This document shows positions 1 to 9,987 of a DNA stretch of 64,000 bases, in pieces. A model generated the notes under the pieces. The model had not been told where the DNA came from. It saw only the letters and a program-made list of their open reading frames with translations, and made no database searches. The DNA is from an uncultured Candidatus Saccharibacteria bacterium (GTDB taxonomy: Bacteria > Patescibacteriota > Minisyncoccia > Phycocordibacterales > UBA12445). Where the stretch lies: positions 17,983 through 81,982 of the forward strand of contig CAZHDO010000003.1 in the NCBI GenBank assembly GCA_964531375.1, given 5' to 3'. Positions within the stretch are counted from its first letter, which is position 1; each line of letters begins with the position of its first letter. A program made the translations under genes and the position numbers.

Positions 1-1306
1 CCACATGTATTTCAACGGTTGTTTGACTGTCAGCGGCGGTAGAAAATTCTTGTGTTTTTGCAGAAGGAATTGTCGTGTTTCTTTCAATAAGTTTTGTTGC
101 AACCCCACCCATAGTCTCAATACCAAGCGAAAGCGGAATAACATCCAAAAGTAAAACATCCTTAACTTCTCCCTGCAAAATTCCACCCTGAATAGCTGCA
201 CCAATAGCAACAACTTCATCTGGATTAATTGATCGATTTGGTTCTTTGTTAAAAAGATTTTTTACAGCTTCAATAATAGCCGGCATTCTAGTCTGACCCC
301 CGACAAGTATTACCTCCTGAATTTCAGAAAACTTAAGTCCCGAAGCTTCAACGGCTCTCTTCGTAATCTCTATTGACCTATCAATATATTCTTGCGCTAA
401 CACTACTAAACTAGCTCTTTTCATTTTCAAAAGAAGATGCTTTGGACCATTTTCATCAGAAGTAATAAATGGAATATTTATTTCAACTTCACTCACAACA
501 GATAATTCATGCTTGGCCTTTTCCGCAGCTTCTTTTAATCTCTGTTTTGCCAGTGGGTCATTAGAAACATCGATTCCACTATCTTTTTTAAATTCATCCA
601 CAATCCATTTCATTATCTTCTGGTCAATATCCTCCCCGCCCATGTGACTATCACCGTCGGTAGATTTAACCTCAATAACACTATCCCCAACTTCAAGAAT
701 AGAAACGTCGAACGTACCTCCTCCGAAGTCGTATACTGCAATTTGCTCATTTTTCTTTTTATCAAAACCATAAGCAAGAGCTGCGGCTGTTGGTTCATTT
801 ATAATTCTTCTAACCTTGAAGCCTGCAATTTCTCCAGCATCCTTTGTTGCTTTCCTTTGTGAGTCATTAAAGTATGCAGGCACGGTAATGACGGCCTCAG
901 TAATTGTCTCACCAAGCTTTGCCTCTGCATCAGCCTTTAATTTTCCCAAAATCATTGCAGAAACTTCTTCAGGTGTATATTCTTTATCATTCATCTTTAC
1001 TCTAACTCCACCATCAGAATTTTTAGTAATAGTAAATGGCACAGAAGCTTTGTCTCTTGTAACTTCTTTATCATCGTATCTATGACCCATCAATCTCTTG
1101 ATACCATAAATGGTATTCTGAGGGTTTGTTATATTCTGTCTTTTTGCAAGTTGACCAACAATCCTCTCATTTGCTTTTGAAACAGCGACAATAGATGGGG
1201 TTGTTCTAACTCCATCTACGTTTTCAATTATCTTAGGCTGGCCTCCTTCAATAATGGCCATTGCCGAATTTGTCGTACCTAAATCTATTCCAAGTATTTT
1301 TGCCAT
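1..1306 (-). CDS. dnaK: Chaperone DnaK (Hsp70), runs off the window start
   Basis: Manual translation from ATG at 1306: [17 protein letters not shown]; later [12 protein letters not shown] and LVGGQTRMP; follows grpE. Confidence 0.97.
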   Translation of the reverse strand, partial: MAKILGIDLGTTNSAMAIIEGGQPKIIENVDGVRTTPSIVAVSKANERIVGQLAKRQNITNPQNTIYGIKRLMGHRYDDKEVTRDKASVPFTITKNSDGGVRVKMNDKEYTPEEVSAMILGKLKADAEAKLGETITEAVITVPAYFNDSQRKATKDAGEIAGFKVRRIINEPTAAALAYGFDKKKNEQIAVYDFGGGTFDVSILEVGDSVIEVKSTDGDSHMGGEDIDQKIMKWIVDEFKKDSGIDVSNDPLAKQRLKEAAEKAKHELSVVSEVEINIPFITSDENGPKHLLLKMKRASLVVLAQEYIDRSIEITKRAVEASGLKFSEIQEVILVGGQTRMPAIIEAVKNLFNKEPNRSINPDEVVAIGAAIQGGILQGEVKDVLLLDVIPLSLGIETMGGVATKLIERNTTIPSAKTQEFSTAADSQTTVEIHV

Positions 1307-1345
1307 AAATTTTATAGTTAAACTTAATAAAGTTTTTAATAATGT

Positions 1346-1939
1346 TTAATTCTTATATACACTCACCCTCACCTTGCAAGGCCGAATGACCTTGTTTCTA
1401 AATTTATAACCTTTTTGTAAAATATCAACAACTATATCATCATTTTCTTTTTCTTCCACTGGAATTGTCGTCACTGCTTGATATTCTTCTGGATTAAATT
1501 TATCACCAACCTTACCTATCGGTAACAATCCAAATGAAGAAAAGGTGTTTAATAAGCTTGAATATATACCCTCGACACCCATCCTCCAGTTCTTGTCAAC
1601 CTTCTCCCAAACTTCTTTATTTGCGAACGCCATATCAAAATTATCAGCTACAGGAAGTAATTCAGAAAGAAGTCTTTCTTTTATCAGAGGTTCTAATTCT
1701 GATAGATTTTTCTCTTCGAGTTTTTTTGCATTTATATAATCAGCCTTAGCTCTTTGCCACCCTTCTAAATACTGCTGTTTCTCCAATTCGCAGCTCTTTA
1801 GTTTTTCTCGAAGTTTTTTAACAACCTTCAGGTAGTCGCCCTCTTCTTCATCTAAGACAACATCATTATTAACCTCGTTAGAATCGGATGCCTCCATATA
1901 ATCATCAGTACCTTTGTTTTTGTTTGTATCTTCGTTCAT
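1346..1939 (-). CDS. grpE: Nucleotide exchange factor GrpE
   Basis: QRAKADYIN, LLPVADNF, FNPEEYQAV, LQKGYKFRNKVIRPCKVRV; next to dnaK. Confidence 0.95.
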   Translation of the reverse strand: MNEDTNKNKGTDDYMEASDSNEVNNDVVLDEEEGDYLKVVKKLREKLKSCELEKQQYLEGWQRAKADYINAKKLEEKNLSELEPLIKERLLSELLPVADNFDMAFANKEVWEKVDKNWRMGVEGIYSSLLNTFSSFGLLPIGKVGDKFNPEEYQAVTTIPVEEKENDDIVVDILQKGYKFRNKVIRPCKVRVSVYKN

Positions 1940-2100
1940 ATTTTTAATTACTAACCCACACTATATCATAAATTAATATTATTTGAAGAATTTTAAACCC
2001 CATCTTCAATCCTGTCAAATATCATTTTTTCATTTTATTTTGTACAATAATCTGCGAAATTTGAACATTAATAAAATAAAGCAAAAAGGAGATTCGTCCT

Positions 2101-2457
2101 GTGACAAGAACCGAAAGAGTACAGTTGGTAATTCCACGAAGGGGCCTATTAATTCAACTCAGAGGAGGTCTGAGTCACACCACGACACTACTGAGAAAAC
2201 TTGATGATGTTTTTGGTGGCTTGACGGGAGAGCTTGTCGACATGAAATGTCATGATCTTAGATTGTCGTTTTTTGATCGGAGCTGGAGTGTTCAGGACGG
2301 TTTAGAATCCGAAAGTATTATTGTACACCTCTTTGGCGGTATAAAAATCAATTTCGTTGATTGGTTTATTAACAGAATTGATGAAGATAAAAGAATTTTT
2401 GGATTCTCGTGTCCTTCCGACGGAGACCTTGTTATCCGCTTTAAACCGGATCTTTAA
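2101..2457 (+). CDS. Orphan hypothetical protein (118 aa)
   Basis: GTG start with AAGGAG at 2086-2091, own leader and terminator. Confidence 0.7.
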   Translation: MTRTERVQLVIPRRGLLIQLRGGLSHTTTLLRKLDDVFGGLTGELVDMKCHDLRLSFFDRSWSVQDGLESESIIVHLFGGIKINFVDWFINRIDEDKRIFGFSCPSDGDLVIRFKPDL

Positions 2458-2471
2458 ACCGATGTCTCTTG

Positions 2472-2499
2472 TTGCCCACCACTGGTGGGCAATTTTTTT
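2472..2499. terminator. Intrinsic terminator between convergent genes
   Basis: TTGCCCACC-act-GGTGGGCAA then T run. Confidence 0.75.
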
Positions 2500-2507
2500 A
2501 ATATAAA

Positions 2508-3809
2508 TTATCTTTTTATCCACTCGGCCTCTTGTCTAACCAATTTATTATCAAGTCTTTCTTGTTCGGTAACAATATCAGCAACAACTTTTTCCATCCT
2601 AATACCCTGAGACCCCTTAATCAAAACAGCATCTCCTTTTTCTATAAATTTTTTAGCAAATTCCCCAGCTAGAACTGAATCTTTAAAATAATGTATATGC
2701 TCATATTTCATTCCGGCCGACAACGCACCATCGGCAAATAATTTTGCTTTTTCACCAACAACAATTAGCACCCCACAAGTCTCTGGTATCATTTTACCTA
2801 TTTTTTTGTGGGCTTTTTCAGAATGTTCACCAAGCTCTAACATATCTCCCAGTATTGCAATCTTTCTGCCCCTGTTCTTTATTTCAGAAAAAGACTGCAA
2901 GGCCATTTCTAAGGCAACCGGTGATGAATTATAAGTATCATCTATTATTAAAGAATCGTTTATTCCATGCAATGGTTTAAATCTTCCAGGAGGTCCGCTA
3001 TGTTCTTTTAAAACATTGATTATTTCAACAAAATTCAAGTTACAAGCGAGACCAACTGAAAAAGCAGCCAAAGCTGTATAGACATTTTGTTTACCAAAAA
3101 CGTTACTTAATCTTACAGGTAAATTGTTGCCATTATAATCAATTTTAAAAGCGATTCCTTTAGGCATAATATTATCACCTGCGCCTTCGTATGAAATGTG
3201 ATAATTCGATGCGATTATTTTTGAATTTTTTTCGAAGCCAAAACTTAAAATTTTTCCTTTAAATTTATCTTTTAATTTTTCAATTGATTGATCGTCAAAA
3301 TTTAAAATTAATGTTCCATTTTCTTTTAATGTTTTTATCAAGAACGCTTTTTCTTTAACAATTTCTTTTTGTCCTTTGAATTGCTCAATATGGACCGGAA
3401 TTTCTGCAATCCTTGTCATAACAACAATATCTGTTTTTAACCACCTTGAAACACTTTCAATATCCCCCGGCTTATCTGCTCCGACTTCAAGAATTAGCCA
3501 CTCAGGAAAATCTGATTTAAAAATTATAAGAAGCGCACCGTTTATTATATTTACGAACCAGAGAAATGGATTATTCCAAGCATTTTTTAGACCTAATATC
3601 GTTAGCGGTAAACCAATTTCACTATTGAAACTTTTTTCACTTCTTCGTACTTTAAAAAAATCATTCATTATGGTAAAAATCGCATCTTTTGTGGATGTTT
3701 TACCAACACTACCAGTAACGGCAATAATCTTAGGCTTATATTTATTTAGTACCAATTTTGCCTCTAAGGTTATTATTGATACTATTATTTTTTTAAAAAA
3801 TGATTTCAT
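2508..3809 (-). CDS. murF: UDP-MurNAc-tripeptide:D-Ala-D-Ala ligase
   Basis: VTGSVGKTSTKD, FNSEIGLPLT, IDDTYNSSP, LGDMLELG, LIKGSQ. Confidence 0.92.
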   Translation of the reverse strand: MKSFFKKIIVSIITLEAKLVLNKYKPKIIAVTGSVGKTSTKDAIFTIMNDFFKVRRSEKSFNSEIGLPLTILGLKNAWNNPFLWFVNIINGALLIIFKSDFPEWLILEVGADKPGDIESVSRWLKTDIVVMTRIAEIPVHIEQFKGQKEIVKEKAFLIKTLKENGTLILNFDDQSIEKLKDKFKGKILSFGFEKNSKIIASNYHISYEGAGDNIMPKGIAFKIDYNGNNLPVRLSNVFGKQNVYTALAAFSVGLACNLNFVEIINVLKEHSGPPGRFKPLHGINDSLIIDDTYNSSPVALEMALQSFSEIKNRGRKIAILGDMLELGEHSEKAHKKIGKMIPETCGVLIVVGEKAKLFADGALSAGMKYEHIHYFKDSVLAGEFAKKFIEKGDAVLIKGSQGIRMEKVVADIVTEQERLDNKLVRQEAEWIKR

Positions 3810-3832
3810 ATTTAGTTTAATTTTAACGCGCG

Positions 3833-5554
3833 TTATCTGTCAGGTGGTATCTCATAATATCCAATTAGAAACTTTAATATATTATAAAATGGCTCAGTCA
3901 AACTATGCGATGCGTATTCTACCCCTTTAGGATCAATAGTGTAAAGAAAGACAAGGAATTTTGGGTTATATGCAGGAAAATAACCAAAAAATGAATGCAG
4001 AAACCTATCTGAATAATATCCACCCTTACCATTTAGTAATAAAGCGGTTCCAGTCTTCGCCGCTACTGTGTAATTTGCAAGCTTTTTCTCTCCACCCATT
4101 AAATTTTTATCTACCACGTCAACAAGCATTCTTGTTATCTCCTCCGACGTTTTTTGTTCTAAAACCCGCCTACCTTCTGGAATAATATTTTCTTTATTTA
4201 TCCCAACACGATAATTAATTTTATCAACTACGGTTGGTGTTACAATCGTTCCTCCGTTCGCAAGAGATGACAGTGCAACCACTGTTTCAATAGGAGTTAG
4301 TGCAATACCTTGTCCAAAGGCAGACGTAGCGTAATCAACCTCTTGCTTGCTTATTAAATTTTTTACAAGACCTTTTGCCTCATTTGGCAAGTCTACTCCT
4401 GTTTTCTCACCAAGACCAAAACTTAACATATATTTACTAAATTTTTCAGTACCTAATTTTTGCATTATATAAACCATACCAGCGTTTAGTGAATTACCCA
4501 GAGCATCTTGTATTGTAGTAATACCCCTAGCTTTGTTATCAAAATTACCAATCCTTTTACCGTTTAACTCAACGAATCCCTTGTCGTTATATGTTGACTT
4601 TGCAGTCACAACACCAGCATCAAGACCAGCTGCCACTGTAAGCGGTTTAATCGTAGAACCCATTTCAAAAACATTTTCGGTAAGAGGGTTCCTAAATACA
4701 GCTAAACTTTTTTCTTTACCAAAATTATTTGGATCAAAATCTGGTAAGGCTGCCATCGATATTATTTTCCCTGTTTTTGGGTCAATAATTATTCCACCGG
4801 CAGATTCCCCTTTCCATTTTTCCATAACACCAGCAAGCTCTTTTTCAAGAACACCTTGCGCTGTTGGTTCAATATTTAACACAACATCGCCTGTCATTTC
4901 GGGACCATCTCCAAGTAAAGTTTTCTTTAAATTTGAAAAGATTTCAGCAAAAAAATTAACATAAACCGACTCACTATCTCTGTGTAAAATATCCTCGAAT
5001 TGTTTTTCAACACCATACCTTCCAATAAATTTCTCACCGTCTTCTTTACTCCTAGCAACGATCCCCAGTACATGAGATGCCAAATTACCTGACGGATAAA
5101 ATCTCACTTCTTCGCGATATGTATAAATACCACGTATGCGCATATTTTTAATTGCGTTCAAAGAATCTTCATCTTTAATATTTCCAATTACCTCATAGGT
5201 ATCATTTTGCTTACCAGCTTTTTCTATAAAAGATTGTTTATCAAACTCCACAAGACTAGATATTTTATCAAAAACCTCTTCTGGGTTTTTAATTGAAGTG
5301 GGATTAATTGCGAGAAGATAGTTTGTTTTTAAATTTGATGCTGAAACTAAATTACCATTTTTTTCTTGAAAGTATATTGAACCACGTGAAAATATATCAG
5401 GAAGTGGTTTTGAATATTGACGTGAAGCGCTCTCTGAGAACTCATCTCCGCGAACTATTTGTATAATAAAAAGACGTACAATAATGATAATTGCAAATGA
5501 AACCAAAAAAAATGAAAGATATTTTACACGATTATTGTTTTCATATTTCATCAC
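3833..5554 (-). CDS. ftsI: Class B PBP, FtsI/PBP3-like transpeptidase
   Basis: N-terminal TM, GSTIK (SxxK), SLN (SxN), KTGT; dcw position. Confidence 0.85.
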   Translation of the reverse strand: MMKYENNNRVKYLSFFLVSFAIIIIVRLFIIQIVRGDEFSESASRQYSKPLPDIFSRGSIYFQEKNGNLVSASNLKTNYLLAINPTSIKNPEEVFDKISSLVEFDKQSFIEKAGKQNDTYEVIGNIKDEDSLNAIKNMRIRGIYTYREEVRFYPSGNLASHVLGIVARSKEDGEKFIGRYGVEKQFEDILHRDSESVYVNFFAEIFSNLKKTLLGDGPEMTGDVVLNIEPTAQGVLEKELAGVMEKWKGESAGGIIIDPKTGKIISMAALPDFDPNNFGKEKSLAVFRNPLTENVFEMGSTIKPLTVAAGLDAGVVTAKSTYNDKGFVELNGKRIGNFDNKARGITTIQDALGNSLNAGMVYIMQKLGTEKFSKYMLSFGLGEKTGVDLPNEAKGLVKNLISKQEVDYATSAFGQGIALTPIETVVALSSLANGGTIVTPTVVDKINYRVGINKENIIPEGRRVLEQKTSEEITRMLVDVVDKNLMGGEKKLANYTVAAKTGTALLLNGKGGYYSDRFLHSFFGYFPAYNPKFLVFLYTIDPKGVEYASHSLTEPFYNILKFLIGYYEIPPDR

Positions 5555-5885
5555 TCAAGAAAGAAAGACCACCCTTCACAAAACTATTATCAACATTCGC
5601 AAAATTCATTTTATTAAAATCTTCTTCTAGACCCAATCTAGATGCAAATTCAATTGTTACTTTCCCTCTCGCCTTAAGATACTGAGACTCAAGAACCGCG
5701 ACCTGTGAATTCACTGAAGAAATCTCTTTATCGACTTTTTCTCTTGCAACTATATTAAAAATTGAACTCTGAACAAAGTACAAATACATAAAACCAAACA
5801 TTACTATAAAAACCATTAGAACACCGGAAAATCTTCCAAGTCCCAAGCTTCTTATATTTAATTTTGTTTTATTTATTCGCTTCAT
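5541..5885 (-). CDS. Probable FtsL-like division protein
   Basis: Single TM + coiled coil between rsmH and ftsI. Confidence 0.55.
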   Translation of the reverse strand: MKRINKTKLNIRSLGLGRFSGVLMVFIVMFGFMYLYFVQSSIFNIVAREKVDKEISSVNSQVAVLESQYLKARGKVTIEFASRLGLEEDFNKMNFANVDNSFVKGGLSFLSDEI

Positions 5886-6774
5886 TTATTTTCTTTGCGA
5901 TTCTTAGCTTTGCACTCCTTGCTCTAGCGTTCGTAGACAACTCCTCTTCACCTGCAACAATTGGCTTTTTTGTAATAATTTCTGCACCACCTAACTCTTT
6001 TTTATTTTTAAAAAATACTTTTACTATTCGATCTTCTAGTTCATGAAAAGAAATTACTGCAACCCTTCCTCCAATATTTAACCTACTCCATACATCTTCT
6101 AATCCTTTCCTAATCGCGCCCATTTCATCGTTTACTGTTATTCTTAATGCTTGAAATGTTTTTGTTGCAAAATGTATTCTTCTTTTTTTATATATCGCGG
6201 GAACTGCTGTTTCAATAATATTTACAAGTTGAAATGTTGTTTCTATCGGCTTTTTTTCTCTTTCTTCAACAATCACCCTGGCAATCCTCTTTGCAAACCT
6301 CTCACCACCATAACCATAGATAATGTCTGCAATACTCTCTTCAGCCCATTCATTCACTATCTCTCGGGCTGTCAACCTACCCTCAATAGGTTTTTCATCA
6401 AAAGTCATTAACAACGGCTCATCTTTTAGAAAACTAAATCCTCTTCCAGAAACTTCAAGTTGAAAAGAACTTAAACCAAGATCAAACAATGCAACGTCTA
6501 CTTTAGCGATACCAGCATCATCTAAAACCGTTCCTAAATTTCTGAAATTTGTAACGAACAATTGCGACTTGCAAACATTTTCTAACGAAGGGCTGGCTCT
6601 CTCAATAGCAGCCTTGTCTTCGTCTATGCCAATCAAAAGCCCCTCAGAACCAATTAACTTGCAAATTTCCTTACTGTGCCCACCACCACCAAGAGTTCCG
6701 TCAAGGGCCACCATTCCTGGCTTTAAGTTCAAACCTTCTATTACCTCCTTTAAAAGAACGGGTATATGTGTCAT
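5869..6774 (-). CDS. rsmH: 16S rRNA m4C1402 methyltransferase
   Basis: HIPVLLKEV, DGTLGGGGHS, DLGLSSFQL, ARSAKLR. Confidence 0.96.
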   Translation of the reverse strand: MTHIPVLLKEVIEGLNLKPGMVALDGTLGGGGHSKEICKLIGSEGLLIGIDEDKAAIERASPSLENVCKSQLFVTNFRNLGTVLDDAGIAKVDVALFDLGLSSFQLEVSGRGFSFLKDEPLLMTFDEKPIEGRLTAREIVNEWAEESIADIIYGYGGERFAKRIARVIVEEREKKPIETTFQLVNIIETAVPAIYKKRRIHFATKTFQALRITVNDEMGAIRKGLEDVWSRLNIGGRVAVISFHELEDRIVKVFFKNKKELGGAEIITKKPIVAGEEELSTNARARSAKLRIAKKINEANK

Positions 6775-6779
6775 AAGGA

Positions 6780-7214
6780 TTAAAGTACGCCAGACTCACC
6801 TAACTTTTCGGCCAAAACATCAACCTGACTCTCAACCTTTGATTTATAATCTTTCCAAACATCTTCATCCCAAATTTCTAATCTTGTATGAACTCCGATT
6901 ATTGCAACTTTTTCCTTAATTCCAGCGTATTCTTTTAAAATATCTGATATCAAAATCCTTCCTAGCGAATCAACCTCAACAAGCGTTGCACCACCCAACA
7001 TAAAACGATTGAACTTTCTAACATCGGACTGAAAAGTTGATGTTTCAGAAAGTTGCGCTGCAACCTTTTCCCACTGAGCGACAGTATAGACAGAAATACA
7101 CTTGTCAAAACCATAACCAATAACAACTTCACCACCCATCTCTTTTCGGAATTTAGCAGGCAAAGAAACCCTTTTTTTAGGATCGACTGTATGTTTGTGT
7201 TCTCCGATAAGCAT
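6780..7214 (-). CDS. mraZ: Transcriptional regulator MraZ
   Basis: GEHKHTVDPKKRVSLPAKFR, DSLGRILI, RLEIWD; heads dcw cluster. Confidence 0.95.
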   Translation of the reverse strand: MLIGEHKHTVDPKKRVSLPAKFRKEMGGEVVIGYGFDKCISVYTVAQWEKVAAQLSETSTFQSDVRKFNRFMLGGATLVEVDSLGRILISDILKEYAGIKEKVAIIGVHTRLEIWDEDVWKDYKSKVESQVDVLAEKLGESGVL

Positions 7215-7236
7215 TTTGTTGTTTTTATTTCTTATA

Positions 7237-7281
7237 CCACTTCATCCCACTTGAATAACATTATATTCCACTCTCAAACAC
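7237..7281 (-). promoter_or_regulatory. MraZ-type GTGG repeat operator
   Basis: GTGG boxes (+ strand CCAC at 7237, 7247, 7268; degenerate at 7278) with ~10-bp phasing upstream of mraZ. Confidence 0.65.
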
Positions 7282-7294
7282 AATTCAAACAAAG

Positions 7295-7303
7295 TTATCC
7301 ACA
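7295..7303 (+). promoter_or_regulatory. Perfect DnaA box upstream of mraZ
   Basis: TTATCCACA. Confidence 0.5.
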
Positions 7304-7360
7304 ACACTTTTTGTACAGAATGGCAAGATGTCAAAATTTCTAAATATTTTTACACAAAAG

Positions 7361-7381
7361 AAAACCGCCCTTTTGGGGCGG
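7361..7381 (-). terminator. Terminator of orphan ORF 7397-7825
   Basis: CCGCCC/GGGCGG stem followed by T run on minus strand. Confidence 0.7.
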
Positions 7382-7396
7382 CTTGATGCAGCAGGT

Positions 7397-7825
7397 TTAT
7401 TCAGCAAAAGACATTTCTTCTTTAAAAGCACTTTTTCTTTTAAAAACAACAAGATTTTTTAAATGGTTATTGTCTTTTTTTTGCGAAGCAAGTGTTACAA
7501 TCTTATAAGCATTTCCTTCATGGATTTCAAACAACCACGGAATCCATGAACTGCGGTTTTTTGACCTAAGCCTATTTCCTTCTCTAAAATACAGCTGGTA
7601 AACAATTTTAAAAACGGCAATTTTATCCTGAGTAGAAATATTAACACCACTAAAACAATGTAAACTATTTCTCAGGAGGGGCTTGTTTTTCAAAAAGTCT
7701 GGATCTTCATAAGTTTTCAAATGAACAATTCCCTTTAATTCCTTGAGAAGCAGGCGTGCTTTCTGTATTGAAAGAAAACAAATGGTCAAAAAAACATTCC
7801 TGGCTGTCATTTCAATGACGTTCAT
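7397..7825 (-). CDS. Orphan hypothetical protein (142 aa)
   Basis: CAGGAG SD, TTGACT-17-TAGTAT promoter, terminator. Confidence 0.7.
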   Translation of the reverse strand: MNVIEMTARNVFLTICFLSIQKARLLLKELKGIVHLKTYEDPDFLKNKPLLRNSLHCFSGVNISTQDKIAVFKIVYQLYFREGNRLRSKNRSSWIPWLFEIHEGNAYKIVTLASQKKDNNHLKNLVVFKRKSAFKEEMSFAE

Positions 7826-7938
7826 AATAATTCTCCTGTGTTTTTATTTTAACGAACAAAGTCAGTTTATGATACTACAATATAATTAATATAAAGTCAA
7901 CAAAAACACAATAAACAAAAAACTTCTTGTTTGTTTAT

Positions 7939-9405
7939 TTAGGCCTTATTCTCCGGCCTCATTAGAGGGAAAATCTGACATTCTCTGGCTGGTTTATCCA
8001 TTAGGAAACTGAACAATCTCTCACTTAGGCCAAAACCACAGGTTGGTGGCATTCCGTATTCTAGAGCTTCAACGAAGTCATGGTCGTACATTTGAGCCTC
8101 TTCATCTCCTCCCTCTCGTAACTTAGCTTGCTCCTCAAACCTACCAGCTTGGTCTATCGGGTCATTCAATTCGCTAAAACCTTTTCCAACTTCTGAACCA
8201 GCAAGGATAACTTGAAATCTTTCAACAACCTTGTTGTCCCCTTCTTTTCTCTTGGCCAATGGTTCCATAAACACAGGGACATTAATCAAAAATCCTGGCC
8301 CAGCGATTTGCTTACGACAATATTTCCAAAGATTATCAATAGCCCTCATTTCATTAAAACCTTTTGAGTCATACTCAACCTTAAGTTCTCTTAGCTTACT
8401 TTCCATTTCAGCCAAATTCGAATTAAAAATATCTATTCCTGTTTTTTCTTTTATTATTGAAACATAATCATAAGTCTCCCAATCTTTCTCTAAATCAACC
8501 TCAAAACCCTTTATATTAAATTTTAAAGTATCAAAAGTTTCTTTTGCAATATATCTATACATATCTTTAACCATTTCCATTCCTTCATTGTAGTCAGAAT
8601 AAGCAGAATAAAATTCCATCTGCGTGTAATCTTGAAGATGTTCAGCGTCCATTCCTTCATTTCTAAATATTCTTCCGATTTCAAAAACTTTCGGAAAGCC
8701 CGCAACCATTAATCTTTTTTGCCAAAGCTCACCTGCTGATATTCGTAAGTAAACGTCCATATCAAGGGCATTATGGTGGGTTATAAACGGCCTTGCATCG
8801 GCACCACCAGCTGTATTTTCAAGCGCAGGAGTTTCAACTTCCATAAAGTCTCTTTTGAGCAAAAAATTTCTTATCGATGTCCAAAATTTAGACCTCTTAA
8901 TAGCCATTTCTCTCACATCTTTATTAACCAAAATATCTAAATATCTTTTTCTTAATCGTTCTTCTTCATCTTTAAGGCCATAGTATTCACCAGGAAGTGG
9001 TCGGAGACTTTTTGAAAGCATCTTCCAGTTTTTTACTTGAATAGTTTTCTCACCTCTTTTTGTTACAAACAACGTTCCTTTAACTTCTATAAAATCACCA
9101 ATATCCACAACTTCCCCAAATAATTGAAAATCTTCATCTTGAGTTTCTCCTTTTTTTAAGAGGCCCTGAAATTCTGCCGTGCCATCAAAAAAATTAAAGA
9201 AAATTATTGCGCCCTGTCCTCTGAGCGACATTACCCTTCCAACCAAAAAAATCTCTCTTCCGTCAGAGAGCTCTGTGAATTTTTCTATAACTTCATTAAG
9301 AAAATAATCTCTTTTTGTTCTTGCTGGATAAGGATCAATACCTTTTTCTTTTAGAAAATTTAACTTTCTAATACGCTCATCTCTTATTTCTTCTAAAGAA
9401 GCCAT
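7939..9405 (-). CDS. lysS: Lysyl-tRNA synthetase class II
   Basis: OB fold, EVETP, FEIGRIFRNEG, ALEYGMPPTCGFGL. Confidence 0.96.
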   Translation of the reverse strand: MASLEEIRDERIRKLNFLKEKGIDPYPARTKRDYFLNEVIEKFTELSDGREIFLVGRVMSLRGQGAIIFFNFFDGTAEFQGLLKKGETQDEDFQLFGEVVDIGDFIEVKGTLFVTKRGEKTIQVKNWKMLSKSLRPLPGEYYGLKDEEERLRKRYLDILVNKDVREMAIKRSKFWTSIRNFLLKRDFMEVETPALENTAGGADARPFITHHNALDMDVYLRISAGELWQKRLMVAGFPKVFEIGRIFRNEGMDAEHLQDYTQMEFYSAYSDYNEGMEMVKDMYRYIAKETFDTLKFNIKGFEVDLEKDWETYDYVSIIKEKTGIDIFNSNLAEMESKLRELKVEYDSKGFNEMRAIDNLWKYCRKQIAGPGFLINVPVFMEPLAKRKEGDNKVVERFQVILAGSEVGKGFSELNDPIDQAGRFEEQAKLREGGDEEAQMYDHDFVEALEYGMPPTCGFGLSERLFSFLMDKPARECQIFPLMRPENKA

Positions 9406-9433
9406 AAATTAAAAATTATATATAAGCGTCAGA

Positions 9434-9901
9434 TTATTTAATCTCAGTAATTTTATACTGAACAGCGCCTTTTGGAGTATTTACAGTAACAATATCACCA
9501 ACTTTTTTACCAATCAAAGCCGAACCAAGCGGAGAGACATCAGAAATCTTACCAAGAGAAACATTTGATTCTTCAGAACCAACAACCTGATATTTCTTTG
9601 AATCCTTTGTTTTTTCGTTATTTAATTCAACAACAGAACCCATTCCAACCAATCCCTTTGTGTGTCCAGAAACAACCACAACATTTTTTAATATTGTCTC
9701 AATTTCAGCGACCCTCTCTTCTACGTTTCTTTGTAATTCCCTGGCCTCTTGATATTCAGCATTTTCAGAAAGGTCACCTAGTGATTTTGCAAATTCGAGA
9801 CTTTCTACGACTTCTTTTCTTTTCTTTATTACAAGCTCTTCTAATTCGGCCTTTAATTCCTTAATCTTTTCTGGGCTTAAATATTGAACGTTTGTATTCA
9901 T
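9434..9901 (-). CDS. greA: Transcription elongation factor GreA
   Basis: GDLSENAEYQEA, ISDVSPLGSALIGK. Confidence 0.96.
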   Translation of the reverse strand: MNTNVQYLSPEKIKELKAELEELVIKKRKEVVESLEFAKSLGDLSENAEYQEARELQRNVEERVAEIETILKNVVVVSGHTKGLVGMGSVVELNNEKTKDSKKYQVVGSEESNVSLGKISDVSPLGSALIGKKVGDIVTVNTPKGAVQYKITEIK

Positions 9902-9987
9902 AATATATAAGATTATATTTTTTGAGACCTAACGTCAAGCAAGATATACATCAAATAAAGCTACTGTCTTAAATTAAAATTATAGAG

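Noticed and set aside
613-1085. Short ORFs in the track over dnaK
   Set aside because: Alternate-frame or antisense shadows of dnaK, which the track missed because it is truncated by the window
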